A stretch of DNA of 64,000 nt from positions 1,920,001-1,984,000 of the forward strand of contig CAXXOA010000002.1 of the NCBI GenBank assembly GCA_963666275.2, read 5' to 3'. The translations under genes and the position numbers were made by a program. Shown here piece after piece: positions 30,183 to 41,585 of this stretch. Each line of letters starts with the position of its first letter. The stretch's first letter is position 1. A model generated the notes under the pieces. That model was not told the DNA's origin and ran no database searches. It saw only the letters and a program-made list of their open reading frames with translations. Source of the DNA: Oceanispirochaeta sp. Lineage in GTDB: Bacteria; Spirochaetota; Spirochaetia; DSM-2461.

Positions 30183-31448
30183 ATGAACTACATGAGAATA
30201 GTAAATGCAATAATTAATAGAACACCGTTACTAAATCGATATATTAAAAATAGATCACAAGATAGATATATTAAAGATATTAAGGTTAATAATAGGTTTG
30301 ATGAAACTGTTCTATTTATTAACCATAATTTTACTCAAGATATTGAATGCATGTCTGAATATTTTAAGGATTATTATAATGTTTTGGTTATAGATAATAT
30401 CCCTTTTTTTAATGATGCTTATTATATTTTCAAAAAAAAAGATGAGAGAATCGGTGAAGTTAGTTATAAAAATATTAGTGAAATTAAAAAAGAAAAATAT
30501 AGAATGATTGTATCAAAAAAACTTGATTATCTGATGGAAATAACAAATTTAAAATTTATTATAATGCCATCAGATTCTTTTTGGTGGATTAGAGAATTTG
30601 TGACAGAAGCAAGAGAACGGGGTCTTATAACTATAGTTGTTGATAAGGAAGGAACTATTAGTCCTCTTTCATATGAAGTTCATGCGAACTTTATAAAAGA
30701 AAAATTTCCATTTATTTCTGATTATTTATTTGTATGGTCTGAACGTCAGAAAAAGTTTTGGAATAAAACAGGGGTAAATAATGATAAAATATTTGTTGTT
30801 GGTCAACCTCGTTCTGATTTTTTTAAAAATGAAAAAAAATGGCTAACAAAAAAAGAATTAGAAATTGGTGAATATAAAACTATTCTATTTTTTACCTTTG
30901 AAATTGATGCATATATACATATTCTTGAAAAAAATAATAACAACTCATGGAAGAAACTAAGAAATAATATTAGAGAAGAATTGTTTAAGTTTATTGAAGA
31001 ACACGATGATGTTCAATTAATTGTAAAGTGTCATCCACAACAGAATGATTTATGGGATCTGAGAGATTTTTACAAAAAAATAAATAATAGTAGAATTAAA
31101 CTAATTGAAGGAGCAAAATTATCAAATCAACTCATTGTAAATAGCGATTTAATAATAGGTTTTCAAACAACTGCTTTAATAGAGTCATTGTCTACTAAGA
31201 AGGAAGTGTTTTACACTGCTTGGACAGAAGAATTTGAATTATTAAAAAAACATTTAATACCCTTTCATGATTATGAGGGTTTTCAAGTTATATCTTCAAA
31301 AAAAGAATTTAGTCAAAAACTTAGTCATTGGTATAATGATGAATTGATGACAGATTTTTCGAAAAGAAAAAAAATTGTCAGTGATTATCTTTATGTTGTT
31401 GATGGAAATGTGTCAAAAAGGATTTGCGAAAAAATTGGTGAATTATAA
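30183..31448 (+). CDS. GT-B fold transferase (TagF/sialyltransferase-like)
   Basis: VVGQPRSD, VKCHPQ, SDLIIGFQTTALIE, DG.VS.RI motifs. Confidence 0.6.
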   Translation: MNYMRIVNAIINRTPLLNRYIKNRSQDRYIKDIKVNNRFDETVLFINHNFTQDIECMSEYFKDYYNVLVIDNIPFFNDAYYIFKKKDERIGEVSYKNISEIKKEKYRMIVSKKLDYLMEITNLKFIIMPSDSFWWIREFVTEARERGLITIVVDKEGTISPLSYEVHANFIKEKFPFISDYLFVWSERQKKFWNKTGVNNDKIFVVGQPRSDFFKNEKKWLTKKELEIGEYKTILFFTFEIDAYIHILEKNNNNSWKKLRNNIREELFKFIEEHDDVQLIVKCHPQQNDLWDLRDFYKKINNSRIKLIEGAKLSNQLIVNSDLIIGFQTTALIESLSTKKEVFYTAWTEEFELLKKHLIPFHDYEGFQVISSKKEFSQKLSHWYNDELMTDFSKRKKIVSDYLYVVDGNVSKRICEKIGEL

Positions 31449-31449
31449 A

Positions 31450-31986
31450 ATGTTGTGTAAAATATTTAATAGATTAAAAATAGTATATATTAGATTATTT
31501 TATTTAATAATGTTTCCTTTTAAAAAAAATAGGCTTAGTCGTAATGTTAAAATATATACATATTGTAATTCTAATTTTAGTTTAGGTAGTAATAATTCTA
31601 TTCTCGGTTTTGGAAATATCATTATCGAGGAGAATTCTCTTCTCTTAATTAAAAATAAAGTATATATAGGATTTTTTTCAAATATTAGATGTAGTGGTAA
31701 AATTGAAATTGGAAATAATGTACATATTGGTCAATTTGTTTCTCTTTTATCCGGGCATTATGAAAACTATAGAGATAGAAACATTACTATTGGTGACCAA
31801 AAAATACAAAAAAATGTTTTAGTAATCAAAGATGATTCTTGGATTGGTGCAAATGTTACGATCATCGGAAATGTAACTATCGGTAAAGGAGCTATTGTTG
31901 GTGCAGGAAGTATTGTTACAAAGAATGTTCTCGATTATGAAATAGTTGCAGGCAATCCTGCCAAAAAAATTGGAGAAAGAATATGA
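31450..31986 (+). CDS. Hexapeptide-repeat acyltransferase
   Basis: [30 protein letters not shown]. Confidence 0.88.
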   Translation: MLCKIFNRLKIVYIRLFYLIMFPFKKNRLSRNVKIYTYCNSNFSLGSNNSILGFGNIIIEENSLLLIKNKVYIGFFSNIRCSGKIEIGNNVHIGQFVSLLSGHYENYRDRNITIGDQKIQKNVLVIKDDSWIGANVTIIGNVTIGKGAIVGAGSIVTKNVLDYEIVAGNPAKKIGERI

Positions 31987-32657
31987 AATTAATAAAGAAA
32001 ATATTTATTCTAATTATTAGATCAATCAAAAATTTTGTAATTTTGAATATTATATATAACTTTAAATTTAAAAATAGTAATATCAGAAGTTTAATTAAAT
32101 CAGATAAAGCAATAATTGGGAAAAATGCTCATATTGAAAGAGATGTGAATATTGCATCATCTATTTTTTTATTGGGTGATAATTCTTTTATCCGTTATGG
32201 GACTTCTATTGGTGGAAAATATGTTAAAATCGGAAAATTTACAGTTATTTCATTTAATGTAACTTTATTAGCAGGATCTCATAGAATTAAAGGTCTTTCA
32301 AGTTATGATTTTTATTCATGGTTTTTAAAAGAGAATAATGAAATCGATACAATCCCAGGAAGTATTGAAATTGGTAATAATGTATGGATTGGAACAGGTG
32401 TTGTAGTTTTACCTAATGTAAAGATCGGGAATAATGTAATAGTTGGATCGAATGCTGTTGTAACTAAAGATATTCCTGATTTTGCGATTGTTGGAGGTGT
32501 ACCTGCGAAAATCATAAGATATAGATTTGATGATGAATTGTGCGAAGAATTAAAAGATTTGACATGGTGGGATTGGAGTGATGATATAATTAAAAAAAAT
32601 ATAAATAATTTTTATGTTGAAGATATTAAAAAAGGGGAGTTGAAATGGAAAAAATAA
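31983..32657 (+). CDS. CatB/Vat-like O-acetyltransferase
   Basis: [34 protein letters not shown]. Confidence 0.88.
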   Translation: MKLIKKIFILIIRSIKNFVILNIIYNFKFKNSNIRSLIKSDKAIIGKNAHIERDVNIASSIFLLGDNSFIRYGTSIGGKYVKIGKFTVISFNVTLLAGSHRIKGLSSYDFYSWFLKENNEIDTIPGSIEIGNNVWIGTGVVVLPNVKIGNNVIVGSNAVVTKDIPDFAIVGGVPAKIIRYRFDDELCEELKDLTWWDWSDDIIKKNINNFYVEDIKKGELKWKK

Positions 32658-34009
32658 ATATTCTTATTGCAATATATGAACCAGATATGTCAAATCATAT
32701 CAATCAATTAGTTAATAGTTTAAAAAAAAAAGGTAATTTTGAAATTTCAATAATTACTGTTTCCAATATAATAGAAAAAAAATTAACTCATCCAGTTATA
32801 AACTTACGAAATATAAAAATTTTTCATAATAAAATGTCTTTTGATGATATAAAAAAATTATTGAAAGAAAAAAGATACAATATTGATGATTTTATGTTTA
32901 GAGAAATTAATCTTCTTAAGCAAAAAAGAAATATAGTTGAATCAAAATTTGAAAAATATGTCAATATTTGTAATAATTTGATCAAAAATAACAATATTAA
33001 TTTTATTTTTAACATCAATGAAGGAATTGTAAATAAAGCTGCTTTTATTTCAAGTATAATTTTGGATATTCCATTTATATACACTGATGGTTCATCATTA
33101 ATTGAAGGTATGCATATAAGTTCAAAAAATATGTGGAATAATAGATGGATTCAAAAAAAATATATTTATGATAATGAAAATGAGATTATTACTTTTGTTG
33201 ATAAATTTAGAAATAGAGTAATTGAAAAGAAGCCTTTTATTGGGTGGAAAGAGAATAACACTATAATAAAATATGTTTCTTTATTAATTAAATGGCTAAA
33301 AGAAATCAGAAATGATGATTACATTAGATTGAGTACATTGTTTAATAATCAATTAGTGCGTTTATTTAATAAGTTTTTCTTTAATATTAAATATAATGAA
33401 ATAAATGATAATGACAAGTATTTTATTTTTCCTCTTCATGCAGCTGATGATGCACAAATAACGCTTAGAGCTGTAGAATTTTATGATGAAGCTGAAGTAA
33501 TTAAAAAATGTGCAGAACAATTACCTGATGGCTATTATATTTATGTAAAAGAACATCCTAACTGGTTAAATAGATATAAAAAATCTTGGATCAAGAAAAT
33601 AAAAAAAATCAAAAATGTTAAACTTATAAATTACAATGAAAATATACATGATCTATTAAAAAATGCAGTAGGTGTTATTACAATAAATTCTGATGTTGGT
33701 TGGGAAGCAATATTGCATAATAAACCAGTTGCAGTATTAGCGGACCCTTTCTATAATATTGATAATGTTGTTTTTAGAATAAAAACATACAGCGATCTTG
33801 AAGTAATATATAGACAGATGATCAATAATCAAATAGATATAAATTTCAGAAAGAAAGTAATTTATGCAGCTTTGAAATCTCATAGAGAGTCAAATGTTAT
33901 GACCATAAAAAATCATGGTATAGAATTCTTAACAGATAATAAACAAATAGAATCTTTTACTGATTCTTTAATAAAGGATATTGATGAATTCAATAAAGAG
34001 AGAATTTAA
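32645..34009 (+). CDS. KpsS/LipB-like ulosonic-acid transferase
   Basis: FPLH...[26 protein letters not shown]...PFY. Confidence 0.75.
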   Translation: MEKINILIAIYEPDMSNHINQLVNSLKKKGNFEISIITVSNIIEKKLTHPVINLRNIKIFHNKMSFDDIKKLLKEKRYNIDDFMFREINLLKQKRNIVESKFEKYVNICNNLIKNNNINFIFNINEGIVNKAAFISSIILDIPFIYTDGSSLIEGMHISSKNMWNNRWIQKKYIYDNENEIITFVDKFRNRVIEKKPFIGWKENNTIIKYVSLLIKWLKEIRNDDYIRLSTLFNNQLVRLFNKFFFNIKYNEINDNDKYFIFPLHAADDAQITLRAVEFYDEAEVIKKCAEQLPDGYYIYVKEHPNWLNRYKKSWIKKIKKIKNVKLINYNENIHDLLKNAVGVITINSDVGWEAILHNKPVAVLADPFYNIDNVVFRIKTYSDLEVIYRQMINNQIDINFRKKVIYAALKSHRESNVMTIKNHGIEFLTDNKQIESFTDSLIKDIDEFNKERI

Positions 34010-35213
34010 AAAGTGGTATTTTCCATTTTTGTTAATATTATTAATAAATGCTAGTGGAATACGTATAAATTATGGAGGAAATCATTTTAGGGTTATTGAT
34101 TTATTACTATTATGGATTGCTGCTTTATATTTTATTAAATACTTTTTATTTAAACAGAAATGTTTTGCAATACATAACTATATTATAACTTTGATAATTA
34201 TTTTATTTCAGATAATTTTTTTAACAAATAGTATTAATAAAATAAATACTATAATAAGAATAATGGTTTTGATCGAATTGGTTTTTTTTGCGCAATATAT
34301 CAACTGTTTTGACTTAGGTAGATTTGATTTATATAAAATATTTGAAATAATGTTTCAATTTAATTTGATTATCTCAATTTTCCAATCATTAACTGGTCAA
34401 TTATTATTGATGAAATCGATAAACTTTTATATTGGTTCATTTCCTATATATAGAGCTGGCGGTTTACTTGCTGATGCTAATGCATATGCAATGTTAATTA
34501 TGAGTTTGTACATATATATATTTTTAAAATCAAATTTATTAAGAAAAAAAGTTTATACAGTATTAGTATTATTCGAAATATTATTGATTGGCTCTAGAGC
34601 AAGTATGCTGAATTTTATTATTTTTGTTTTACTATATATTTTTATCCATAATTATAAATTATTTAAAAAAATATTTATAATCACGACATTACTAGGTATC
34701 ATATTTCTTCTAAATCTATCTTTATTATATAAATATTTTCCAGGAATATTTATATTACTATTTAGAGTTGGATCATATGAATATTTGATGCAGCATCCAA
34801 TGTCATTCCTTAGTAGAAGATTTGAAATATGGACCGAATTGTTAGAAATCTATATTAAAGATTATACATATTTTGAAAAGTTTTTTGGGTTAGGGCTTGG
34901 GAATACTCAAGTAATTCATAAAATTCTTGGTAAAGTAGTAAAACCAAGAGGTGCTCACAATACATATATTCAATTTATAATGGAAATGGGTATTTTTGGT
35001 ATTAGTGTACTATTTTTATTTATAATTAAATTAAACTTAAAGATAAAGAATAAAATTAAAGATAATATAATATTTGAATATCTATTCTATTCTTTTAATT
35101 TATGGTTTATATGGGGATTAACAGGTGAATTTTTTTATCAAGTAATATTTTGGTTTCAAATTGGTTTACTATTTTCAGGGTGGAGATACAGTGAAAAAAA
35201 TTCTTGTTATTGA
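33984..35213 (+). CDS. wzy: O-antigen polymerase/ligase family membrane protein
   Basis: Multi-TM; RAGGL..DAN, GSRA, FGLGLG, HNTYI..E.GI.G. Confidence 0.78.
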   Translation: MNSIKREFKKWYFPFLLILLINASGIRINYGGNHFRVIDLLLLWIAALYFIKYFLFKQKCFAIHNYIITLIIILFQIIFLTNSINKINTIIRIMVLIELVFFAQYINCFDLGRFDLYKIFEIMFQFNLIISIFQSLTGQLLLMKSINFYIGSFPIYRAGGLLADANAYAMLIMSLYIYIFLKSNLLRKKVYTVLVLFEILLIGSRASMLNFIIFVLLYIFIHNYKLFKKIFIITTLLGIIFLLNLSLLYKYFPGIFILLFRVGSYEYLMQHPMSFLSRRFEIWTELLEIYIKDYTYFEKFFGLGLGNTQVIHKILGKVVKPRGAHNTYIQFIMEMGIFGISVLFLFIIKLNLKIKNKIKDNIIFEYLFYSFNLWFIWGLTGEFFYQVIFWFQIGLLFSGWRYSEKNSCY

Positions 35214-36306
35214 AGATTCATCAAAGTCAAATTTTGGTGGAGGTCAAAATGTAACATATCAAGTAATGGAATATTTGTACGAACATTTTGAACTATTTTT
35301 AGTTGATACAAAGAAAAGTAAATTTAATGAAAAAATTAATAATAGTAGAATGAAAATTACTAGTAAATGTAACATTCTTACTTTTGGAAAAATTGGGAAT
35401 GTCGAGAAATCAAATATGAGTATATCTATTTTTGAATCAATAATATTTCCACTTACTCTTTTATTTAATATTGTTAAAATATTTTTTTTTATTAAAAAAA
35501 ATAATATAAATAAAAATAATACAATAATTTATACAACTACAAAAAAGTCTTATTTAATTGCTATAATATTAAAATTATTTTTTGATTTTAAAATTATTAA
35601 TCACATACATAATTTTTATCAAATTAATTTAAGTACTAAAATATTACGTAAATATTTTAATAAAGCTTATAAGAATATATTGGTATCAAATACTTTAAAT
35701 GCTAATTTGAGACTAAAAAATAGTATCGTAATATATAATCCAACTGGTAGCAAAGAAAAGCATAATAGAAATGTTAATACTTATAATGTATGTACAATGT
35801 CACAATTAATAAAATGGAAAGGTGTTGATGATTTCATAAAATCAAGTGATTATGTTAAAACTAAAAATGTAAATTATTTAATATACGGTAAAGGGAATCA
35901 ATTAGCTCATTTGAAAGATCTTTCAATGAATATTGAGAATATTAAATTCATGGGTTTTTGTAATAATGTTGATGAAATTTACAAACATATAATGGATGTA
36001 CTAGTTGTACCTTCAAATTCTGAAGAAGCTTGTCCAATGTCAATACTTGAAGCTTTATCATATGGTATTCCAGTAATTACTACTAATATAGGAGGTCAGG
36101 CAGATTTAATTTCTCATAATAAAAACGGTTTCTTAGTTGATGTATCTTCTCCAAAGGAAATTGCAAAATATATAGATCAATTGGAAGATAATAATTTTTA
36201 TAATCAAATCTCTTTGAATTCCTATAAAAGTTCAGAGATCTATCATTATAAATTTTTCAAAGAATCTATCATAAATTTATTTAAAGAGGTGGAGACTATT
36301 GGGTAA
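35191..36306 (+). CDS. Glycosyltransferase family 4
   Basis: GGGQ, KG, EACPMSILEA, PVITTNIGG; GTG start after GGAG. Confidence 0.88.
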   Translation: MKKILVIEDSSKSNFGGGQNVTYQVMEYLYEHFELFLVDTKKSKFNEKINNSRMKITSKCNILTFGKIGNVEKSNMSISIFESIIFPLTLLFNIVKIFFFIKKNNINKNNTIIYTTTKKSYLIAIILKLFFDFKIINHIHNFYQINLSTKILRKYFNKAYKNILVSNTLNANLRLKNSIVIYNPTGSKEKHNRNVNTYNVCTMSQLIKWKGVDDFIKSSDYVKTKNVNYLIYGKGNQLAHLKDLSMNIENIKFMGFCNNVDEIYKHIMDVLVVPSNSEEACPMSILEALSYGIPVITTNIGGQADLISHNKNGFLVDVSSPKEIAKYIDQLEDNNFYNQISLNSYKSSEIYHYKFFKESIINLFKEVETIG

Positions 36307-37399
36307 AAAAATATTATTGATTAATAAAATGTATTCACCAGATATTGGTGGTGTAGAAACTGTAGTAAAGCAATATGCACATTTTTTATCATATGAGAAT
36401 GAAGTAACTGTTTTAACAGCTTCAAAAAAAGCAACTTTATTTACAAAAAATGAAAAGGATTGTGATATTAATATTATTCGTTGTTCATCTTTAGGAACTT
36501 TCTTTTCTATGCCATTATCATTTGTTTTAATACCATATTTCTTTAAAATTAGACATAAGTTTGATATAGTTCATTTTCATGAACCTTTTCCTTTAGGTTC
36601 ATTAATTGGGTTTTTTAGGAAACACAAAAAGAATAAATATATAGTAACTTGGCATAGTGACATAATTAAACAGAAGTTATTGAAAAAATCAGTAGAATAT
36701 TTTCAAGATAAATTATTAAAAAAATCTGATATTATTACAATTACATCAAAAAATTTACTAGATTACTCATCAGTCGTTTCTAAATATAAAGATAAAGTTA
36801 AAATTTTACCATTATCAATAAATACTGAAAATTTGGAATATACTAAGCCTAATTTTTTTATCCCAGATAAATACTATTTATCTTTAGGGAGACTTTCCTA
36901 TTATAAGGGTATAAAGGTTTTAATAGAAGCATATGAACAAACTAATTCAACTATTCCATTACTAATTATTGGAAGAGGAGGTGAGGAAAAATTTGTTAGA
37001 GAACATATGAAATCAAATTCTAAAATTATTTTTATTAATGAATTTATTACTGAAAATGAAAAAAATTGGCTTTTAAAAAATGCTGAATGTTTCATTTTTC
37101 CTTCAATTTATCCAAGTGAAGCTTTTGGTATAATTCAGTTAGAGGCTATGATTAATAAAACACCTATTATTAATACTAATCTTAAAACTGGTGTTCCTTG
37201 GGTCAGTTTAAATAGGATTACAGGCTTAACAGTTGAACCAAATGATGTGAAACAACTTAAAAAAGCAATTATGGAAATTGTATCTGATGATAATAAATTA
37301 GAAGAATACTCTTCAAATGCTGAGGAAAGAGTAAGAAAATACTTTTCTGATAATATAATAAAAAGAGATCTAAAAGAAATCTATAATTTATTGAAATGA
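36299..37399 (+). CDS. Glycosyltransferase family 4
   Basis: YSPDIGGVE, GRLSYYKG, EAFGIIQLEAM. Confidence 0.9.
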   Translation: MGKKILLINKMYSPDIGGVETVVKQYAHFLSYENEVTVLTASKKATLFTKNEKDCDINIIRCSSLGTFFSMPLSFVLIPYFFKIRHKFDIVHFHEPFPLGSLIGFFRKHKKNKYIVTWHSDIIKQKLLKKSVEYFQDKLLKKSDIITITSKNLLDYSSVVSKYKDKVKILPLSINTENLEYTKPNFFIPDKYYLSLGRLSYYKGIKVLIEAYEQTNSTIPLLIIGRGGEEKFVREHMKSNSKIIFINEFITENEKNWLLKNAECFIFPSIYPSEAFGIIQLEAMINKTPIINTNLKTGVPWVSLNRITGLTVEPNDVKQLKKAIMEIVSDDNKLEEYSSNAEERVRKYFSDNIIKRDLKEIYNLLK

Positions 37400-37421
37400 T
37401 AAATAAAAGGAGTCTAAAAAA

Positions 37422-38408
37422 TTGATATCACTAATTGGAGGATCCGGATTCATCGGATCTAGACTTTCAAAAAGATTTAATGAATCGCATCTGGACTTTA
37501 AGATCATTGATAAGAATAAATCACCTTTTTATAACAATTATTTCGTTGCTGATATAAGAGATTATATTACATTAAAGAAAAATCTTGAAGGTTCATCAGT
37601 ATTAATAAATCTTGCTGCAGAACATAAAGATGATGTTACCCCTAAGACACTTTATGATGATGTTAATGTTGAAGGTTCAAGGAATGTATGCAAAGCCTGC
37701 GATGAATTGGGAATCAATAAAATCATTTTTACTAGTTCGGTAGCTGTTTATGGATTTGCTCCCAAAGGAACAGATGAATCAGGAGATATCAATTACTTCA
37801 ATGATTATGGGCGTACCAAATGGGAAGCAGAGAAAGTCTACCGAGACTGGCTTGCAAAGGATCCTGAGAATCGATCTCTAACAATCATTCGCCCTACTGT
37901 TGTTTTCGGAGAAAGGAATAGAGGGAATGTCTACAACTTATTAAAACAAATCTCTTCTGGCATATTTCCTATGATTGGTAATGGTAAAAATGTCAAATCC
38001 ATGGCATATGTTGAAAATGTCGCTGCTTTTTTAGAGTTTTCTCTTAATAATGGTCCGGGAGAGCATCTATATAATTATATAGATAAGCCGGATTTTAATA
38101 TGAATACCCTAGTGAAAAGTGTTAAATCAGCGCTGGGTAAAAAATCTGTTACCGGTATTCACTGGCCATACTGGTTGGGATACTGCGGTGGATTATGTTT
38201 TGATACAGTGGCCTTTATCACTCGGAAAAAGCTCCCTATAAGCAGGATCCGCATTAAAAAGTTCTGTTCAGACACATCATTCGAAACTTCCTTTATTAAA
38301 AAGACAGATTTTAAAGCTCCGGTATCCCTGGAAAAAGGCATAGAAAATACAATTAAATTTGAATTTGTCGATAAACATGAGAAAGATATTCTCTTTTATA
38401 CAGAATAA
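37422..38408 (+). CDS. gnu: GlcNAc-PP-undecaprenol 4-epimerase (Gnu-like SDR)
   Basis: GGSGFIG, LAAEHKDDV, YGRTK, RSLTIIRPTVVFGERNRGNVYNLLKQI, KSMAYV, DKPD, KKFC: motif set I recognise from E. coli O157 Gnu. Confidence 0.8.
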   Translation: MISLIGGSGFIGSRLSKRFNESHLDFKIIDKNKSPFYNNYFVADIRDYITLKKNLEGSSVLINLAAEHKDDVTPKTLYDDVNVEGSRNVCKACDELGINKIIFTSSVAVYGFAPKGTDESGDINYFNDYGRTKWEAEKVYRDWLAKDPENRSLTIIRPTVVFGERNRGNVYNLLKQISSGIFPMIGNGKNVKSMAYVENVAAFLEFSLNNGPGEHLYNYIDKPDFNMNTLVKSVKSALGKKSVTGIHWPYWLGYCGGLCFDTVAFITRKKLPISRIRIKKFCSDTSFETSFIKKTDFKAPVSLEKGIENTIKFEFVDKHEKDILFYTE

Positions 38409-38497
38409 TTATATTGGGTAGGATATAATTTTACACCTTTCCAAAACCCTAAAAATAGATTAAAAATACAAATTATTACCCACAATGAGGTTACAAA

Positions 38498-39421
38498 ATG
38501 CCAGAAGAAATAAATAGCACCATCAACGATGAAGAAATAGATCTTCTTGACCTTTTTATAGTACTCCTAAAACACCGCCGTCTTATCCTCGGTTCTCTCA
38601 TCGGAGTTATCTGCTTAACCCTGGCGGGCTATTTTATCTACCCCTCCTGGAAGCAGGAAAAAGTTATGGACCAGCAGAAAGCCGAAGCTATAATGACTCT
38701 GGGAACAGGTTCCAGTTTGAAGTCCATCGGCATCCAGTACGATGTTCTTTCCCTTTTTTCTTCTGCCACCCTTCTGCTGCAGTCTCTTCAAGAAGCAGGA
38801 ATCCAAGAGTTAGGCTCGGAAGAGGACTCTATTGATCTAACTGATTTGGAACAGAATGTGCGGGCCCTCAACTATATTCGGCAGGTATTTATCAAGAAAG
38901 AAACCATTGAAGGAGATCCAATTGACCAGAACAGTTTACCTTTTCTTCTACAAGAGCCTGACAATAAAGATTCCCAGTACTTTGACATAAAATTTTACCA
39001 TCAGGATTCCCAGCTGGCCATGAGATTCCTCACCAGGCTCTACCAGAACGCCAATACAAAACTTCTTGAAAATATTAATGATAATCTAGAGGCCTTAGCC
39101 TTAACGGGTCAAGTTCGGAGTTCTGATTCAACACAAGAGAGCGATGTGGTTCTGAAAAATGCCATACAGATTGCCAATATGGCCCAAAAGTTTTTGGATG
39201 GTTCACTCCAACCTCTGGAACTATTAGAAGCTCCTTACTATGTAAAAGATGAGATATCCTTAAAAGGAATACAGTCCTTATATCAAAAAAAGGCGATTAT
39301 ACTTGTTTTTGCTGTATTCTTTCTCTCAATCTTTCTGGCCTTTTTTCTCGAGTTCATCCAGAATATCAAAGAGGATGAAGAGCGGATGGCCAAAATCCGT
39401 AAAGCCATGAACAAAGAATAA
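38498..39421 (+). CDS. wzz: Wzz/FepE-like polysaccharide co-polymerase
   Basis: DEEIDLLDLF..L.K + N-terminal TM, periplasmic region, C-terminal TM. Confidence 0.8.
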   Translation: MPEEINSTINDEEIDLLDLFIVLLKHRRLILGSLIGVICLTLAGYFIYPSWKQEKVMDQQKAEAIMTLGTGSSLKSIGIQYDVLSLFSSATLLLQSLQEAGIQELGSEEDSIDLTDLEQNVRALNYIRQVFIKKETIEGDPIDQNSLPFLLQEPDNKDSQYFDIKFYHQDSQLAMRFLTRLYQNANTKLLENINDNLEALALTGQVRSSDSTQESDVVLKNAIQIANMAQKFLDGSLQPLELLEAPYYVKDEISLKGIQSLYQKKAIILVFAVFFLSIFLAFFLEFIQNIKEDEERMAKIRKAMNKE

Positions 39422-39437
39422 CCAAAGGAAACACTCC

Positions 39438-40127
39438 ATGTCTCTGATCACCATACGTAACCTCGTTAAAACATATCCCCTGGGGCAGGTGGAAGTTCAT
39501 GCCCTCAAAGGGGTCTCTCTGGATATTACTGGAGGGGATTTTGTCTCTGTCGCCGGACCATCCGGTTCGGGGAAAACCACCATTATGAACATGATCAGCC
39601 TGATTGATTCCCCCACCTCCGGGCAAATTCAGATTAACAGTCAGGATACGGCCCGCATGAAGCGGCGGGAATTAACCCGGTTGCGCCACGAAGTGATAGG
39701 CATTGTGTTCCAGTCCTTCAATCTCCTCCCTGTTTTAAATGTTACAGAAAACGTAGAGCTCCCCCTGGTGATCGGAAAAAATCCTCTTCCCAAAAAGGAA
39801 AGGAGAGAATGGGTGTCTCACCTGCTGGGTGAAGTGGGCCTGGAAGACAGAATGACCCATAAACCTTCCGAACTTTCGGGAGGGCAGCAGCAGCGGGTGG
39901 CCATAGCCCGTGCTCTGGCCACAAAACCCCGTATCGTTATTGCCGATGAACCCACCGCCAATCTGGACACCGCAACGGGGGAAAGAATTCTCAGCCTGAT
40001 GAAAGAGATCAACAAAACAGACGGTACCACCTTTATCTTCTCTACCCACGATCCTGGCATCTGGGAAATGGCCGACCATGTGGTCTTTCTCCGGGACGGT
40101 CTGATCGAAACGGAGCAGCGCAAGTGA
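39438..40127 (+). CDS. LolD/MacB-type ABC ATP-binding protein
   Basis: GPSGSGKTT, FQSFNL, LSGGQQQRVAIARAL, ADEPTANLD, STHD. Confidence 0.92.
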   Translation: MSLITIRNLVKTYPLGQVEVHALKGVSLDITGGDFVSVAGPSGSGKTTIMNMISLIDSPTSGQIQINSQDTARMKRRELTRLRHEVIGIVFQSFNLLPVLNVTENVELPLVIGKNPLPKKERREWVSHLLGEVGLEDRMTHKPSELSGGQQQRVAIARALATKPRIVIADEPTANLDTATGERILSLMKEINKTDGTTFIFSTHDPGIWEMADHVVFLRDGLIETEQRK

Positions 40128-41584
40128 TCCTGCTCCTGGCAATCCGCAATATTCTCAGAAACCGGCGCAGCTCTGCACTGCTCATTCTGCTCATGGCTTT
40201 TATTACGCTCATATTCTTTCTGGGGAGCAGCCTGATTCTCCAGTCTGTCAGAGGTCTCAGAAGCACCTATGTGGATAACCTCACAGGAGACCTTGTCATT
40301 CAGAAAGAGTCCCGTGTCTCTATGAATCTATTCGGGGCCAATACCCCCGTTATTGACGATTTTTTTACAATCCCCGTACTACCTGCCTACGATGAAGTAC
40401 AACAGATAATTAGAGAGACTCTCCCTTCAGCCCAAATTTCCGGCATGGTCTCCGGACAGGCTGTGTTGGATATCGGCGGAGACAGGGCGGGTATCCCGCT
40501 TATGGGGGTGGATGCTGAACACTACTTTGCTCTCTTTCCCGGATTAAAACTTGTAAAAGGCTCTTTACTTGAGCCGGAAGAGCAGGGAGTTCTTATTACA
40601 GAGAGTCGGGCTAGAAGCATAGAAACCAAAACCGGTCAAACCGTACAAATAGGTCAGCCCGCCAGGCTGACTGCGGCCGGAGTCACGGGCTTCAAAATCC
40701 GGGAAGTCCCTATCCGGGGCATTATCCGCTATACCAATCCCGGGCCTTTTATGGAAGAAGTGGTTATTACCGATCCCCAAACAGTCCGGGCCCTCTCGTC
40801 TGTACTGACCGAAGCGGCCGAAGAGGTGGATGTGGAAGACGACGCCCTGGAACTGCTGAACAACGATATGGATGACCTTTTCGGCAGCGGTGACGACAGT
40901 TTCTTTGAGGATGTCGAAACAAACGATGCCACACAGGTAAACCTGATAGATTCTCTGAGGGAAGAATTGACTGCAGAGAACAATCCGGATATCCCCTGGG
41001 TAGGGGGAGACTGGAATTTCATTATTATTCGATTACCCCAGGAGGACTCCGCCCTGCTGGCCAGGAACAGGCTGAACAGCCGTCTTGAACCCTACGGGGT
41101 CAAAGCCGTAGGCTGGCAAACCGCGGCGGGCAACTCTGCTCTTCTGGTCCTGCTGGTACAGAACCTCTTTTATATCGGTATCATCCTGGTAGGAATAGCC
41201 GGTGTGGTTACCATTGTCAACATTATTCTGATCTCCGTCTTCCGCCGGACCAGGGAGATCGGGACTCTCCGGGCCATCGGGGCTTCCGATGCCTATATTA
41301 TGGGTATGCTGGGAGTTGAGAACCTGGCGCTATCCCTGGTGGGGGGAGGCACGGGAGTTCTTCTTGGACAGAATGTTATGAATTCTATTAATCGTGTGGA
41401 GTGGCCGATCCCCCATCCCTTTATTGCCGCCCTGATGGGCAGTCCTGTTTTACAAATCTCGGTCCTGCCCGATTTGGCTCTGAAGGCTGTTGCAGTGGCT
41501 GTGCTCATCGGGTTTGTATCCGCTCTTTTTCCGGCTCTGAAGGCGGTTAATATCAATCCCATGGAAGCGGTAAGGCAGGGTTAA
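40124..41584 (+). CDS. FtsX-like (LolC/E-type) permease 1
   Basis: LAIRNILRN.R, large periplasmic loop with acidic insert, RRTREIGTLRAIGA, P.EA. Confidence 0.88.
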   Translation: MILLLAIRNILRNRRSSALLILLMAFITLIFFLGSSLILQSVRGLRSTYVDNLTGDLVIQKESRVSMNLFGANTPVIDDFFTIPVLPAYDEVQQIIRETLPSAQISGMVSGQAVLDIGGDRAGIPLMGVDAEHYFALFPGLKLVKGSLLEPEEQGVLITESRARSIETKTGQTVQIGQPARLTAAGVTGFKIREVPIRGIIRYTNPGPFMEEVVITDPQTVRALSSVLTEAAEEVDVEDDALELLNNDMDDLFGSGDDSFFEDVETNDATQVNLIDSLREELTAENNPDIPWVGGDWNFIIIRLPQEDSALLARNRLNSRLEPYGVKAVGWQTAAGNSALLVLLVQNLFYIGIILVGIAGVVTIVNIILISVFRRTREIGTLRAIGASDAYIMGMLGVENLALSLVGGGTGVLLGQNVMNSINRVEWPIPHPFIAALMGSPVLQISVLPDLALKAVAVAVLIGFVSALFPALKAVNINPMEAVRQG

Positions 41585-41585
41585 T

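Noticed and set aside
31983..32657. Chloramphenicol/streptogramin resistance gene
   Set aside because: CatB-like fold, but embedded and translationally coupled in a polysaccharide operon; a sugar O-acetyltransferase is more likely.
27445..32731. A10 runs in pseH (27445) and the KpsS-like gene (32722) as phase-variation tracts
   Set aside because: Long A runs are expected in such AT-rich DNA and both genes are in frame; there is no evidence without read data.
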